Part shown: positions 48,843-61,383 of the stretch, piece by piece
Position numbering within the stretch: the first letter of the stretch is position 1
How the letters are laid out: each line of letters starts with the position of its first letter
Source of the DNA: Puccinia triticina
Lineage: Eukaryota
Direction of reading: 5' to 3'
Length of the DNA: 64,000 bases
Assembly (NCBI GenBank): GCA_026914245.1
Contig: CP110440.1
Location: forward strand, 310,001 to 374,000
The notes under the pieces: model-generated
The model's input: only the letters and a program-made list of their open reading frames with translations
What the model was told of the DNA's origin: nothing
The model's database searches: none
Made by a program: the position numbers and the translations under genes

Positions 48843-49978
48843 ATGGTCTATCGTCCCCACCCCCCGGCAACCAAAATCGCTGTTGTTCGAATGTCCCAGC
48901 AAGGCCTCCCAATGGACTCCATCCAGCAACTGTTGGGTGTTCAATTCTCCCCTCAATCGTTCCGCCGTTGGAAGCACCTCTTTGAAGAAACGCGCTCCGT
49001 CATCAGAGATCCAATCGACTACCAAGAAAGAGGTCGCCGGGCGAGTCTCACTCGCGATGAGTGCAACTTTATGATTGAGCTCGTTCGTTCTGAGCCTGGC
49101 CTCTTCTTGGACGAAATACGAGAGAAATTGTATGAATCCTCTGGTGTCCTTCTCAGTACCTCCGGCGTTCACAGGGCCCTCGTTGAGAAGTTGTCGATTA
49201 CCTTGAAGAAACCAGACACGAAGAATATCTGCAAGTCACTTGTTACAAAGTATGCATACGTTGAACGCATGAAGTTCTTCCCTGCAGAGTTCTTGGTATT
49301 CACTGGTAAGTATTGTACTCCTTTGTTATGAAAATAAGCAAGCTGAAATCTTACCTTTGTGCAATGGCATTCAGATGAATGCTCCTTTGCTGACAAGGAC
49401 CTCCTCCAAACTTATGCGAGGTCAGAAAAAGGAACACCATCGTCAAAGTACCTCGTCAACCAGAACCCGGATCGAATCAGTCTACTCCCAGCGATCTCGC
49501 TTGACGGGTTATTGGCCCTCACCACTACTTTCGACACCTTTACCGGTCATAAATTTGAGCATTTTCTAGAATTCAGCTTGGTGAGTGTTTTTCCTCATGT
49601 GAGCCACGACTCTTCCTCGTACTTTCCAAGCTGACAAGCACTCCGTTCTAGCTCCCTCGGATGAACAGGTACCCCAATGTGAACTCCGTCATTGTGTGCG
49701 ACAACGCAACCATCCACCGAGGGGAACGTGTCAAAGAGCTCTGCAACGCCGCCGGGGTCCGAATCCATTTCTTGCCACCCTACTGCCCAGAACTGAACCC
49801 AATTGAGCTCTGCTTTGCGGCAATCAAGCAGGACTTAAGGGCAACTCAACTTTTGAACCAAACCGACGACCCAGAATGGGAGATCCGCCGAGTCGCCGCC
49901 CAAATCATGACCGATAAGTTGTCCTATAAACTCTACCGTCACTGTGGATACTGTGTTCCAGTTCCAAACCACCACTAG
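48843..49978 (+). CDS. Tc1/IS630-family DD34E transposase, 331 aa; exons 48843-49305, 49375-49580, 49652-49978
   Basis: HTH-like N-terminus; FTDEC formed across intron 1; CDNATIH-(34 aa)-NPIE; spliced frame is open. Confidence 0.88.
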
Positions 49979-50417
49979 TCCAAATGTGATCTCTTCTCTC
50001 TCTCCGACTTTTCTTACATCTTATCTGAGTTCTGAGTTCATGTCTAGTCCAAAACAACCTGAGTTTTCCAGTCTCCAGCCCCAGTTTGTTCGTCCCCAGC
50101 CCCAGTGTCCTGTCCTAAGCTTCAGTCCACTTGTCAAATAAAACCCTGTCCTTGTCCTCTCTTTGTCCTGTCCCAAGTTCTTTGTTGCGCTTTGCCAAAT
50201 CAATCAATAAAAATTTGTTTTGCACACATGTAACTTCCTCCGCCGAGGTTGGTGATGAAAGAGGCTTAATGGTTTATGTGCGAGATACAAGTCTGGATGA
50301 GAGAAGCGTGTGAAATACAAGTCTGGATGCCGGATGGAAGAGAACCTATTTAAAATGAAATTAAAGAGATAAATACAAGTCTGGATGCTGGATGAGAGAG
50401 AAGAGTGCAAAATACAA

Positions 50418-50650
50418 TCCTAAAACAGGCGACGAAGAGGAGGAGATACAGCGAAAAGGTCTAATGAGAAGCGCGACGCTTCTCAATTTTTTTGGTGTTG
50501 TCTTGCTTATATGGTCCTAAAACTGGTGACGAAGAGCGAGGAGCGATCCAGAGCGAGGAGCGATCCTAAAACAGGCGACGAAGAGGAGGAGATACGGCGA
50601 AAAGGTCTAATGAGAAGCGCGACGCTTCTCAAATTTTTTGGTGTTGTCTC
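50418..50650 (+). repeat. ~85-bp direct duplication of the accessory gene 3' end, beside GAAATACAAGTCTGGATG repeats
   Basis: 50418-50502 is repeated at 50563-50648. Confidence 0.75.
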
Positions 50651-51938
50651 GCAATTGGGCAATTATGCCAGGAGACAAGCCCCAACGGGCCATTTCATCT
50701 CAAGTGATGCTTTCCGATTGAAAGTAGGCAGGATGGTAAATATCCTTCTCGTTGAGGATGCTGAGGACGTCATCCTTCTTACTCGGCTTGATTTTGACGA
50801 AATCGAGGTACTGTGCCATGAGGTCCTCATCGGGCTCAGCCACCGGCGAATCAACCGATCCTTCGGAAGGGGAAGAGCTGCGATTGGCTTGGGGGGAGGC
50901 TTCCTCGATTACGTGAGAGATCTTGCGTTTCTTGTAGGCCGAAAGCTTTTCAAACCGAAGCGCCGATGGGGGAGCATTGTAGTTAACCCCTACAACTTCT
51001 TGTAACTACATCCAGCTCATGCAGTGAATCAGTTCAGGCCAGGACAAGCAAAAGAGAATGAGACAAAGGCAACTTACAATATCATGCGCCCAAAGTTGGG
51101 TATTTTGAGTAGTCAAGGGGATGTATCGGGTGGGGTCCTTTGGATCAATGAAGACCGGCCATTTCGAGAGGTACTTCACGTTGGGTGGGTGCTTCGCATA
51201 AAGCTGGCTCATGACAACAACAAGCCCCTTGAAGTCGCTGGCTGAAAGATTATTAGCGTTTGAGCTGAGACTGCCGCTGGCGTTCTGAGCCGCCATCTGA
51301 GTCAAAACGTGTGTTTTGATATCGACCGAAATCTTTACCTGTTTTGCTATGGCCGCAAGATCAGCCATCTCAACGTGGAGGCCGGCGTGGACGTGATCCG
51401 CGTGGGTGTCTCTCATGGTCTGGATCCAACAAGCGTAAGTTTCCTCGTTGTTGACCGTGTAGTTGTACTTCTTGTGGAATTCCGGGGTTGTCTTGAAGGC
51501 CAAAGAGACCTGCCACGAAATGGGTGGGGATCCGGAGGTGAGCGCGTTTTGGATGAGTCCGTCAGAACCGTCCACGATCTTTCCAGCCTCTGCTGCAACA
51601 AGTCTGCGGAAACCGTCGAGATTCAAAGATCCTATATCGAAGGTTATTGCAAAGACCTTCTTCGTTTTTACAGTGTTCGATAACTTTGGGTTGCCCGGTT
51701 TGGGGCAGTACAGCTTGAAGGAAGTGCTGCAATGCGCTTTCTGCGGCTGGTAGAAGCAAAAACAAGGTTCGTAACCAATAATCAATGTGGACAACCAAGA
51801 AAGGGAGGAACTCACTGTGGAAAGAACTGCGTCAGTGCCGTCTCGGCCGTGGGCGCGATCGCGCTCCGCATCGGAAAGATATCCCATTCGCGGCGGTGGG
51901 TGTGCCCTTGCAAAGAGGTCAATGCCGTGTTGTGACAT
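50607..51938 (-). pseudogene. hypothetical accessory protein gene convergent with the transposase (one premature TGA)
   Basis: Long ORF from MSQHGIDLF; intron ~51006-51077 (GTAAGT...TAG); last exon ...YLDFVKI...IT*DEMARWGLSPGIIAQLRDN. Confidence 0.55.
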
Positions 51939-52124
51939 GTCAATCTTGGTGTGGCAGGGTTTGCTTGGTCTGCCGGGATTTTCTTGGTCTGGCGGGATTT
52001 GCTTGGTCTGACGAGGTTCGCTTGGTCTGGCAAGGTTTGCGCTTGGGATGATTATGACAGTACTGTCATCATCAAAATAACCAATGATGACATCATTGGG
52101 TTTTGACCCCATAATTAATTCATT

Positions 52125-52319
52125 AGGGGGGTTCACGTAAGGCTGATTTCGCAAATCAGCAACCAAAACCAGCAGATGCAGCTTTTGAAAATCCTGAGAA
52201 AGCAAAAAGGTTTGGCTGGGCAGCTCCCCTTTGGAAGCAATCTGCAAGGCATAAACCTTACTCACAGGTGCATGAGCAGACAAAATCAGCATTGCTTTTT
52301 TTGTAACGCGAACCCCCCT
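52125..52319. mobile_element. MITE with AGGGGGGTTC TIR and 3-bp TSD ATT
   Basis: ATT|AGGGGGGTTCACGT ... ACGCGAACCCCCCT|ATT; same TIR type as 28163-28363. Confidence 0.85.
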
Positions 52320-52672
52320 ATTTAAAAATCCTAAACTTCACGATTTTGAGTCCAAACTTATTTCAAAACACAATATGTAAGGCCCCGTTTGGCCGCCCGA
52401 TGTGATATGATAAATTGTGTATTACTTTACATGACACATGTAGCCCGGTTGAAGTTGTCATAGAAACAATAAAACCAAGACAGCGCTTATAACATGTGTG
52501 TTTGGTGCAGCCACAAAAATTTTTCTCCTGAGTCCATTTATCACTGCACTGTTTGGTGTGGCATTGTTCCAAACTATCTACCATACCACAACGTCTCTTC
52601 AAAAATGGCTCTATCAAATAATCAGCAATCTCTACAACGAACCCACAAGCAACAACAAATCGACGCAAGAAA

Positions 52673-53891
52673 ATGATCATCATGGTTGTTATCATCATAG
52701 GCCTTCGTCAGTGGTCGAAAACGATCAAAGAGCTGTACAACGATGCTATCTTCACCGGTGAAGCCTACACAAGACACATATTGAATGGAAACAGACTTCG
52801 AGCTCAAGCAATGTTCCGACTATCCACTCATGTTTTTGATGTGTGCTCAGAAGAACTGCTCTTGATTGACATCGAACCTGCGTCAAAACTAGTCGGCATG
52901 GATGAACAACTGGCAATCTTCTTGTACATTGTCGGCCAGAATGCTACCAACCGGCAGACTCAAGATCGATTCCAACACAGTGGCGAGACAACATCTCGCA
53001 TCTTCCATCATGTGATCAACCTTTTCCTTCAGCTGCTCAAGAAATACATTGTTCGACCTCCAGTTAATGAAGCACACAAGTCCATCTTGGACAACCCCAA
53101 ATTTTCACCCTTCTTCAATCGATGTATTGGCGCGATGGATGGCTGTCATGTCCCAGCATGTGTCCCCAAAACGATGGCAGGCCCTTATCGGAATTGGAAA
53201 GGGACACTCTCTCAGAATGTACTTGGTGTAGTGGACTTCAACATGAAGTTCACCTACATTATGGTTGGCTGGGAGGGGTCTGCGCATGACTCGAGGGTCC
53301 TTGGAAGTGCAATGGCTGAAGATTTCAGCATTCCCAGAGGCTCGTTCTACCTTGCCGATGCGGGTTACTCGCTCTCCAAAGGTATACTGGTTCCTTACCG
53401 GGGGGTACGTTATCACCTGCGCGAAAATGCACAGGCAGGTCATAGGTATGCTTTTTGATAAGCTGTGTCTTTTTCTGTAGCTATGAACTGATGAAGATGA
53501 TTTTTCCAGGCCCGCAAACAAAGAAGAGCTTTTCAACCTGCGGCATTCAATGCTTCGGAACGTCGTTGAGCGGACTTTCGGCGCCTGGAAGAAGCGATTC
53601 CCAATTCTCGTACATCCTCTAGAGTACAGTCTGGAAACTCAAGGGAAACTCGTCCTTGCGCTAGCGGTTCTACACAATATAATCATTGAAAACCACGGCC
53701 AGTCAGATTATTTTAACGACAACGATTACGTGGGCCCAGCACCAGAGGATGATGAGATTCCCGACGATGAAGAAGACGAACCGCCTTTGAGCCGAGCTCA
53801 AGAACGAGCTGCACACAAGATCTGGAGGGACTCATTGGCGCAGCAAATGTGGGACCAGTACTGCAATTATGTTAATCAACACGGTCGTTGA
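52673..53891 (+). CDS. PIF/Harbinger DDE transposase; exons 52673-53445, 53510-53891
   Basis: RFQHSGET, CIGAMDGCH, GWEGSAHD, YLADAGY, LRNVVERTFG; spliced frame is open. Confidence 0.92.
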
Positions 53892-54145
53892 AAAATGAGT
53901 TTTGTTTTTGATCCTCTTTCATCTTTTACTCTTGATTTGACTGGTATGCATGAGTAGCCAAAAAAGACTTGAGAAAAATTATGAACAACAATTTTCTTTG
54001 ATTTATTTTTTTGTTTAGAGACATCATTACCTTGCTCAATGTTTGACAAGATGAGTAGAAAAAAAAGCAGCAGCAGAATAACTTGTTGTATTTTGGAATA
54101 TTTAGCAATCTACACTATTTCATGTTTGTAAATTAAGCCGATGAA

Positions 54146-55333
54146 TCAGTTGCCCAGAGGAAGCTTGGCATTGATCTGCGCGCTCATCCAGCCCCAGGCG
54201 TGGTTGTGGTCTCGGATTGCCAGAAAGGCTTTGGCCTTCGCTTCGTTTTCCAAGACGCTAAAACCCGTGACGAGCTCTTCCATACTGAGACCAGTCGCAA
54301 AGTGGTCCTGGAACTTCTCAATTGCAGCGTGTATTGATGAGACTTCTTCTTGGTTAAAGGCATCAACAAGTCGATTGATTGAGTTTTCAAAGCGATCACC
54401 CGATGTGATCCGATGACAACGAGCAGCTTGGACCCCTGGACGTTGAGCAGGTGTTTGTCAAGCATCCAAGTTTTCGGCAGCATTTTCATCAACACCGGGA
54501 GCAGCGGGACCTCCCTCCGCATCTTCAGTCGGGACAGTCGCACCAGATCGACGCAAAACACCAGTAGCTGTGTTCCCCTCGAAAATCACTTGGTAGTCCC
54601 TGTATTCGAGAAATGGGGTATTCTTAAATCGTCTGGCATTCGGGTGCGACTAAGAGTTACGAACAAGGAATCATGTGAGCTCGCTCATCTTCCGACTACC
54701 AAGTACCAAGCATCCAGGTCAACTTACAACTAAAAAAGCATTCCAGACCTCCTCTGAGGCAGTGACCATACATTCGGCCTCGTTCCACCCAAATCCGCTT
54801 GCTCCTTTGCAAGCTGCAAACGCGTCCCAGATCTTTTTGAAAGTCTGGTTGAACTTTGACTTCACCTTTGGGACAGTAAACTCGACACCGGGGAACTCAG
54901 TAGCCAGCTCGGTAGCAACTGTTTGGTGGACCTCTGGTTTGAATCCAGCTTTGCCGCGCTTTCCTGACTCGACAGCTTTGACATACATCTCGAGCGCACT
55001 ACGTTCCATGCCGGCGGTCCATACAAGGTTTTTGGTCTTGTCCTTTTTGGGACTATCCTCTGGCTGGGTTTGGGTTCCGATTGGACTATGTTGAGAAGCA
55101 TTTGGGCCTGATTGTTGAGAACCCATTGGCTGAGATTGAGTTTGACTCCAGGGGATAGGAACTGATTGTTGTGAACTGATTGGTTGCGAGTTCGGAGTAC
55201 TAGTGGCCTGAGTTGGACGAGATTCCCGCTGAGCTGGAGTAGAAGGAGTCCTTGGAGATTTCAACGGGTTTCGAGGCTTTGTGGAGCGTTTTGGAGTTGG
55301 ATGAGGATTTTGGGATGATTTTCGTCGAGCCAT
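54146..55333 (-). pseudogene. PIF/Harbinger Myb/SANT-like accessory gene with a premature TGA at 54458-54460
   Basis: LVWTAGME...GFK...SGFGWN...W motifs; intron ~54649-54727; exon 2 HPNARRFKNTPF. Confidence 0.85.
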
Positions 55334-57120
55334 AATGCGAGTTATCGAGTGTGAGATGAGAGGAGTCAGAATGTACAACCTGGACTTGGGGACGACAAGT
55401 GGATTTATCACCCAGAAATACAGGTCCAGACCTCTATTTCCGAAATGGCGGGGATGATAAATTTCCAGTCATGTGCGATCATGTGTTTTATGATATTACT
55501 GGCTGCCACAAACACCAAATAAATGTGAGTTATAACCCGGACGACCCCCGTTATAAGTTGCCTGATTTATCATATAACATCGCGCGGCCAAACGGGGCCT
55601 AAATATATCAACAGCCCATGTGATAAATTAATGGTGTGAGTGTGTGATACATTCGGTGCTACGAGATAAATGTGTACATATTGAGATTTCTTATCTGGAG
55701 ATCTGAGAATGACGTTGCGGTGCTGAATGATCGAATGATCGAATGTGATGAGTGGATGGCGTCTGTGGCGACCCAGTCTTCGGTCACCGGGTCTATGGTG
55801 GACTCGGTATCCATCCACACCTGCCACGTCTTCAACCTGTGATCTCCGGCAGGGATGGCTGGGCCGGTATGGAGTCCAGACCCCTGCAGGCTGCAGCCGC
55901 TGACCTCAGCTGGCCCCTGATCTTGTCTCTGTTGCTGACGAAGTGGAGTGAGAGTGAATGCGGCGTGCTGATGTAAGCCTACTCCCCAAGTTTCCTTTCC
56001 CCGCCTGCGCGTGTTTGGTTCGTAATTTGGTCTTTTTTCATTTTTCTCGGGTTTTTTCCCATGTCAGAAACTATTGGGCGTTTCCTTCTTTTGGGGTGGA
56101 CACAGCATTCAGCCTCCGTCTCGCTCCCACCCCCTCCCCCTCCAGCAAGCATCCATCTCTCCTCTTGACTCCCGAGCCCACTAATCACCCACCTTTACGC
56201 ATTCCTCCATAGTCTCCATTCCAGATCGTCATCGACCCCCCGTACATAGTACTCTTTAATACTGTTGTATTGTTGTCCTTGGCTGTGTTGTTTGTCTCCC
56301 TCAGCAAAGTGCCCGTTCAGACACGTCTCAAACACCCGCCAGTACACCTGCCTTGGCTACATTTGGAACCCGCTTGCTTTGATACCGTCGAAACTGTCGA
56401 GAGGGTTTCCCCACTCGATTCGAACTGCCTTGTAAAGTATTACAGTGTACGACCTGCATGTTTTTTTTTTTTCTTCTTCCCAGTACATTCAATAGCACAG
56501 GCTGACCTTGTTTGTGTGTGTGTTTGTTTGTATAGCAGCTCGCTTGGCTGGCGGTCGTTCGTCTCTTTTTTTCTATCCTCGTCGCCACTGCGCCAGATAT
56601 AAACCGCACTCGTCGGTTGGATCGCTCGCTAGGTGAGTCTGGTCGTCAAGTCACTGTTTCATTTAAATCCCACCCCCACCCCTCCCTCCCTCGGTCCGTC
56701 TCGACTTCCACACCCAACCAGCGACCCCCTCCCACCCTCCCCGCGCCCTGTTGTATCCCCCCTCTTCAGTTTCCCAAGTCGCACCGATTCCCCCTCAATC
56801 CAGTCAACCGTTGCTCTGTAGCCTGCCTGCTTGCTTTGCTATATAATCCATCCACCCACCCATCCCATCTACCACACTCCTCTTCTTCTACATACATAGC
56901 GCGTTCAGCTTCACTGTTTTGTTGTTTTTGCTATTTGTTTCCCTATCATATAATTCCCTTTCCCGGCCAACTGCCCGTCTCTCCTCCCCCACTCAACCTA
57001 CCCACACCGCCACTCCTATACTCACCTCATCTGCCTTGTCTACACATAAATACTTTTTTTTCTCTCTCTTTTGATTCGTACCTTGAAAAAAAAAGAAAAG
57101 AAATTAATCGCCGCCAATCC

Positions 57121-59268
57121 ATGCCTCGCCTTCACTCTGTATCCCAATATCACTCCCAGCCTTCCATCAAACAGTCACCGGCCTCCAACATGTCCCCTCT
57201 CCCCTTGCTTCATCTCAATCCTCGAAGCTCGCCACTCAAAAGCAGGCCGGCCACCCCAGTCCACTTCCGCAATCCAGCCTGCCCATCCCCCAAACCTCAT
57301 CATTCAGCCCCCGAGCGCTCGAACCGATCCAAACCAGCTATTCCGCTCACCTCACTCACCTCCAACCGCTCGAAACGATTGCCCAAATTTGCTGACGATT
57401 CTCAACCGGCTGGCCCTGTCCAATCAGCCCCCTCCACCACCAAGCCCTCTAATCGAAAACCCACATCGAAGCGCACCCGAAAACATCGCGAAGGGACCAC
57501 TGATCAACCGCTCCCTCATTTGTATAACCTCTCATTTCCGGAACCACATCAATTGCCCATCGATTCTCCCGATCGTCTGATTAACACCTCCCCCACCCCG
57601 CGAATCTCAGAAGCAGCTAAAAAGCCCCAAGCACTTTCTTTAACCGACTTTTGCGATCAGCTCAGTGTCCAGGTCCACGATCAATCCTTACAAGTCACCC
57701 CGCGCATGTCAAAGAAAAAACCGAGCAGTCGAAAGTCCAAAAAAGGCGGCCAGGTGTGATACAAATCCATGGTCTCTCTTGCTTCTGTGCCCCCTTTTTT
57801 TGCCAACCATCTCATCTTCTTTAATCTCTCTTTTTTTGTTCCTTTGCATCAGCGTCGTGCTCCCATGTGTCCTCCACCCAGTGACTCTGAGGACGTACTC
57901 ACATTTGACCACTCAATGTTTCTTTCTCAAGAGTGTCCTTCCAGAAGCGCTACTCCCAGCCCCATCAAAATTTCCGAATCTCCTGCGGCCCTTGATGGAT
58001 CTACCTTCATTCTTGACGATGCCCAACTTGCTTCATCCCCAGCTGCCTCCAAGCCTTGCAGTGCTTCCAACTCTTCCTCTCGTCGACCCTCCGACTCGCC
58101 CCCCTCCATGCCTCCGCGTCAGCATGTCCGCGCTAAGTCCGTTGCCTCTATCTTTGACGCAGAGAAACCACAATCGCCATCCAAAACGCGAGGCGCTAAA
58201 GACGATTGGGACATGCCATCCGCCGCTCCAGCTCAAGGGCTCACGTGGCAACAAAAGGAGAAGAAGGCCAACAAATCCGCCCTGTCAGCCTCGACTGGTA
58301 GTCATTTGGCACAAAAGCTTGCCCAACACGATTCAAAGTCCTCATCTGGTACCTCCGTTTCACCAAACCATAATCCAAAAGAAACTCCTGCACGCCGTCA
58401 GCGCACAGCCCTCGCTCGTACCTCCAGCGCCAGCACCCTGTCACGACCAGCCGCTTCCACTACCATCAAACCCAGCCAATCTTACTCATCTCGCTCCGAT
58501 GATGAATCTGCGATGACCTGGCAACAAAGCATCCTCCGCCCGTCTCTCAGACACACCCTCCTTACCTCTCGATCCGATCAATCGGTCAACCCCTCGGAGG
58601 CCAAGGAGGCCAAGTCCTGCAACAAAAAAAACCCAGCTCCGACTAGTAGCAAGACGCCAGTCAAGGCGGCTTCTATTCCCCGCAAAGCTGGCATGACCTC
58701 TGCAGCCAAGCCTCGCACCAGCGGGCCACCTTCCACATCCAACAAGCGCAGGAACAGCTTGTCGTCAACCCGCACTCCCATTGTCCAGCCTATGGAGAAC
58801 ACTCCGATTCACGAAAAGTCCCGCTCGTTAGGTCTCAAGAGTGGCGAAAACGTTTTCTGCGACTGGAAGTCATTCCCGACCGGCCCAGTCGACGAGAAAT
58901 CCGCTTCATCGATCTTTTCAAACCCCTTACCCATTCTTGGGGCCCAAGCCGATTACAATACCCCCGTTCGCCGTCATGCCAAATCATATACCCATCAGCC
59001 GGCCGTGTTGACCCACAGCTTTGTGCAGCACTCCAGCCCGCCGAACAATTCGGCCCCCGTCTTTTCGCACATACCTGATTTCAAGGACAAGGTTGTGACG
59101 CCTAGCAAGCCTAGGTCGACCAGTGAAGACTTGTATTTAGCTACCCCTGGATCTAAGCTTTCTTCTCCTGCTCTGCGAGCCGCCTTCATGTACGCTGGCC
59201 CCCAGTTCCACAACAGCCCTTGTCCAGCAGCTTTGCCCGCTCCCAAATTTTCCTTCGGTTCCGCATAG
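57121..59268 (+). CDS. Ser/Pro-rich disordered protein with a C-terminal PNRC/Edc1-type motif, ~682 aa; exons 57121-57753, 57853-59268
   Basis: A GT-AG intron joins two ORFs in frame; C-terminus MYAGPQFHNSPCPAALPAPKF. Confidence 0.75.
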
Positions 59269-61291
59269 ACCGGCGTTCCTCTTCCTTCCATTCAAGTGAG
59301 TCACTATCTTACCATCGCTTTACGATCTGGTCAGTCAATTGATGTTTCTCTTTTGATCACAGGTGATTACTAGACATGAACTCGCCCTTTCACTCCTTTT
59401 GGCGACCTGAAATTATCCCTAATGCTGCCTATCATGATATACAAGCAGAAATGTACATTTCAATTTTTTTTTGTCTCCTCTCCACTTGGGTTTCCTTAAT
59501 TTAGCTCTACTCGCTGTGATTATGTATTCGGTTCATTACCCCCGTCGATGTCAACTCCTCTGTCCATTCCGATCGCTCGCCGACACCCCTGGCGTTCGAC
59601 CCCACCCGACCCCTCTTGTTGTTTCTCTTGACACTCAAGACCTTCACTCACCCCCACCCCCACCCTAGCACAGTCTTGGACTCCGATCTGTTGGCACCCT
59701 CGCGAGGCCTTCTACATCACGCAAGCACCAGTTATTGCTAATCTGTTTTGAGGATTTTCATGTATTTGTAAAACTCCCCCTGTTGAGAAGCCCTCGACCC
59801 ACACTTACTCGAGGTCCATCCTACTACTAGCTTTAACACACATACGTACATACACTAAGTTATTGTAATCCGCATCTCTTTGTGTTTGTTCTTCCCCCAG
59901 CATCCATCTTTCCCTTTCCTTTCAACTTCTCTGCTCAGACACCCTGCCGATCTTCGGGGCGGTTCTTTGTATGTGCGTGTAACATCCCTCAATGTTTTAC
60001 ATCTTTTATTTTTCCTTTTCTTTCATTTTCTTTCTAGCTTGATTTTATTTTGTTTTGGACTTTCTTATCTTCATTTATATACAACAAGGACATCATCGCG
60101 ATCGTCGCTTGCTTTTATTTTCCTTTCCAAGATGTATGTTTCTTTGCTGCTCCTTCTTCTCCCTTTCTTTGTTATATCGACTCACAACACTACACACAAG
60201 AACTGTCCCCACTCCCAAAAACCCCGAAAACCCAAAAACTCCATATTTATTATTTAATCGCCGTTGCCTCCCCCTCTTATCTACCAACACACACTGTACA
60301 TGTCTTCTCCCTATACACAAACACATACAAGCATGTCTCCACTTTTGTGTCTGCTTCCGCTCTGTTCTTGTCGCTCGCTTCCATCACACCCACCATTTCT
60401 CGCTTACTGCCCTTCACAAGCATACATACAGATTTACATTTGCTTTGTTACAAATATGAACATGTGTATGTTTTGTGCTTCCCGCATATTTTTCATGTGA
60501 CTCGCTAAAGATTGGTCCCATGTACTTGCGTGGTCGGGCTTTGTTGAATTCTCAGTCAGACTCACGCTATGTTTATTCTTTTGTTCTTGCTTCGGACATG
60601 CCTATATGAATGCAGGTGATGCACATCCATGAGGGTCGGGGGCACCCACCCCAATATCAGCATTCAAATATATCAAGAATTACCTACGATCATGTTGTAT
60701 GTACCATACTCTTTATGCCCCATGTTCAAACCTCTATGTTATTAACTTGTTGCCACTCTCGAAAACAAGTCTCCTCCCTTTTTCTCCACTTGCCTTTGCA
60801 TAGTTTCCCTTGCTTGGTCTATTTATTTGTATTTGTTGACACCAGTGACTGGCTATGTAGACTGTAGTCTGTGCTGTCGATATGAAATGATTGCGAGTTT
60901 GTAGACTTCTGTGGACAAGGCATTGTGGCCTGGTGTGGGCGTACTTCAGGTGGAGAGATTTATTGCCGGGACATTGTCGGGCTATTAGTACGAACAAAGC
61001 TCATGATCAGACGAGAACGCTGCCGCACATCAAAGAAATCGAAGTCATTTTGGTCTGCCAAGTTTCCGCTCTGGATTGGCGAAGATGGATCAGATCCAAA
61101 GTCTCAAGTTTTTAGGTTTCTTCTGGTTTCTTCAAGTCTTTGTTGTTTGAGCATGAGCATTGCGCATGCCGGCAAAAGATTCCACCGGTGATAGCCGGTG
61201 ATCCAATGTAAGGAAGCCCGAGTTTGCAAGCTCGACTCGTCCCGAGCCTGTGGTTGTGGCCATGAATATGGAACAGAGAGCACCTAACTTA

Positions 61292-61383
61292 ACTAAGTCC
61301 CTCTGTTGGAGGGGGGACGCCGTCCCGCAGGGACCCTCCGCCTCCTTCGGAGGTCGCTTCGCTCCCCCGAGGAGGGAATTAGT
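61292..61383. repeat. short GC-rich hairpin or MITE-like relic
   Basis: ACTAAGTCCCTC / GAGGGAATTAGT ends, with an inner CCTCC-TTC-GGAGG stem. Confidence 0.45.

Larger units (their letters stand above)
48572..52376. mobile_element. two-gene Tc1/IS630-like (DD34E) DNA transposon with imperfect TIRs
   Basis: ATATTGTCTTTTGAAAAAAGCTTGGACT (48572-48599) is an imperfect inverted repeat of AGTCCAAACTTATTTCAAAACACAATAT (52349-52376). The pair encloses the transposase and a convergent gene. Confidence 0.65.
52381..55599. mobile_element. complete PIF/Harbinger DNA transposon
   Basis: TAA|GGCCCCGTTTGGCCGC ... GCGGCCAAACGGGGCC|TAA; two convergent genes. Confidence 0.95.

Noticed and set aside
51939..52292. 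N-terminal extension of the 428-aa ORF 51006-52292
   Set aside because: It starts inside the MITE at 52125-52319; the real start is more likely 51938.
56617..57120. N-terminal part of the 380-aa ORF
   Set aside because: TTG start and pyrimidine-rich sequence after a GTGAGT donor; likely a 5' UTR intron.
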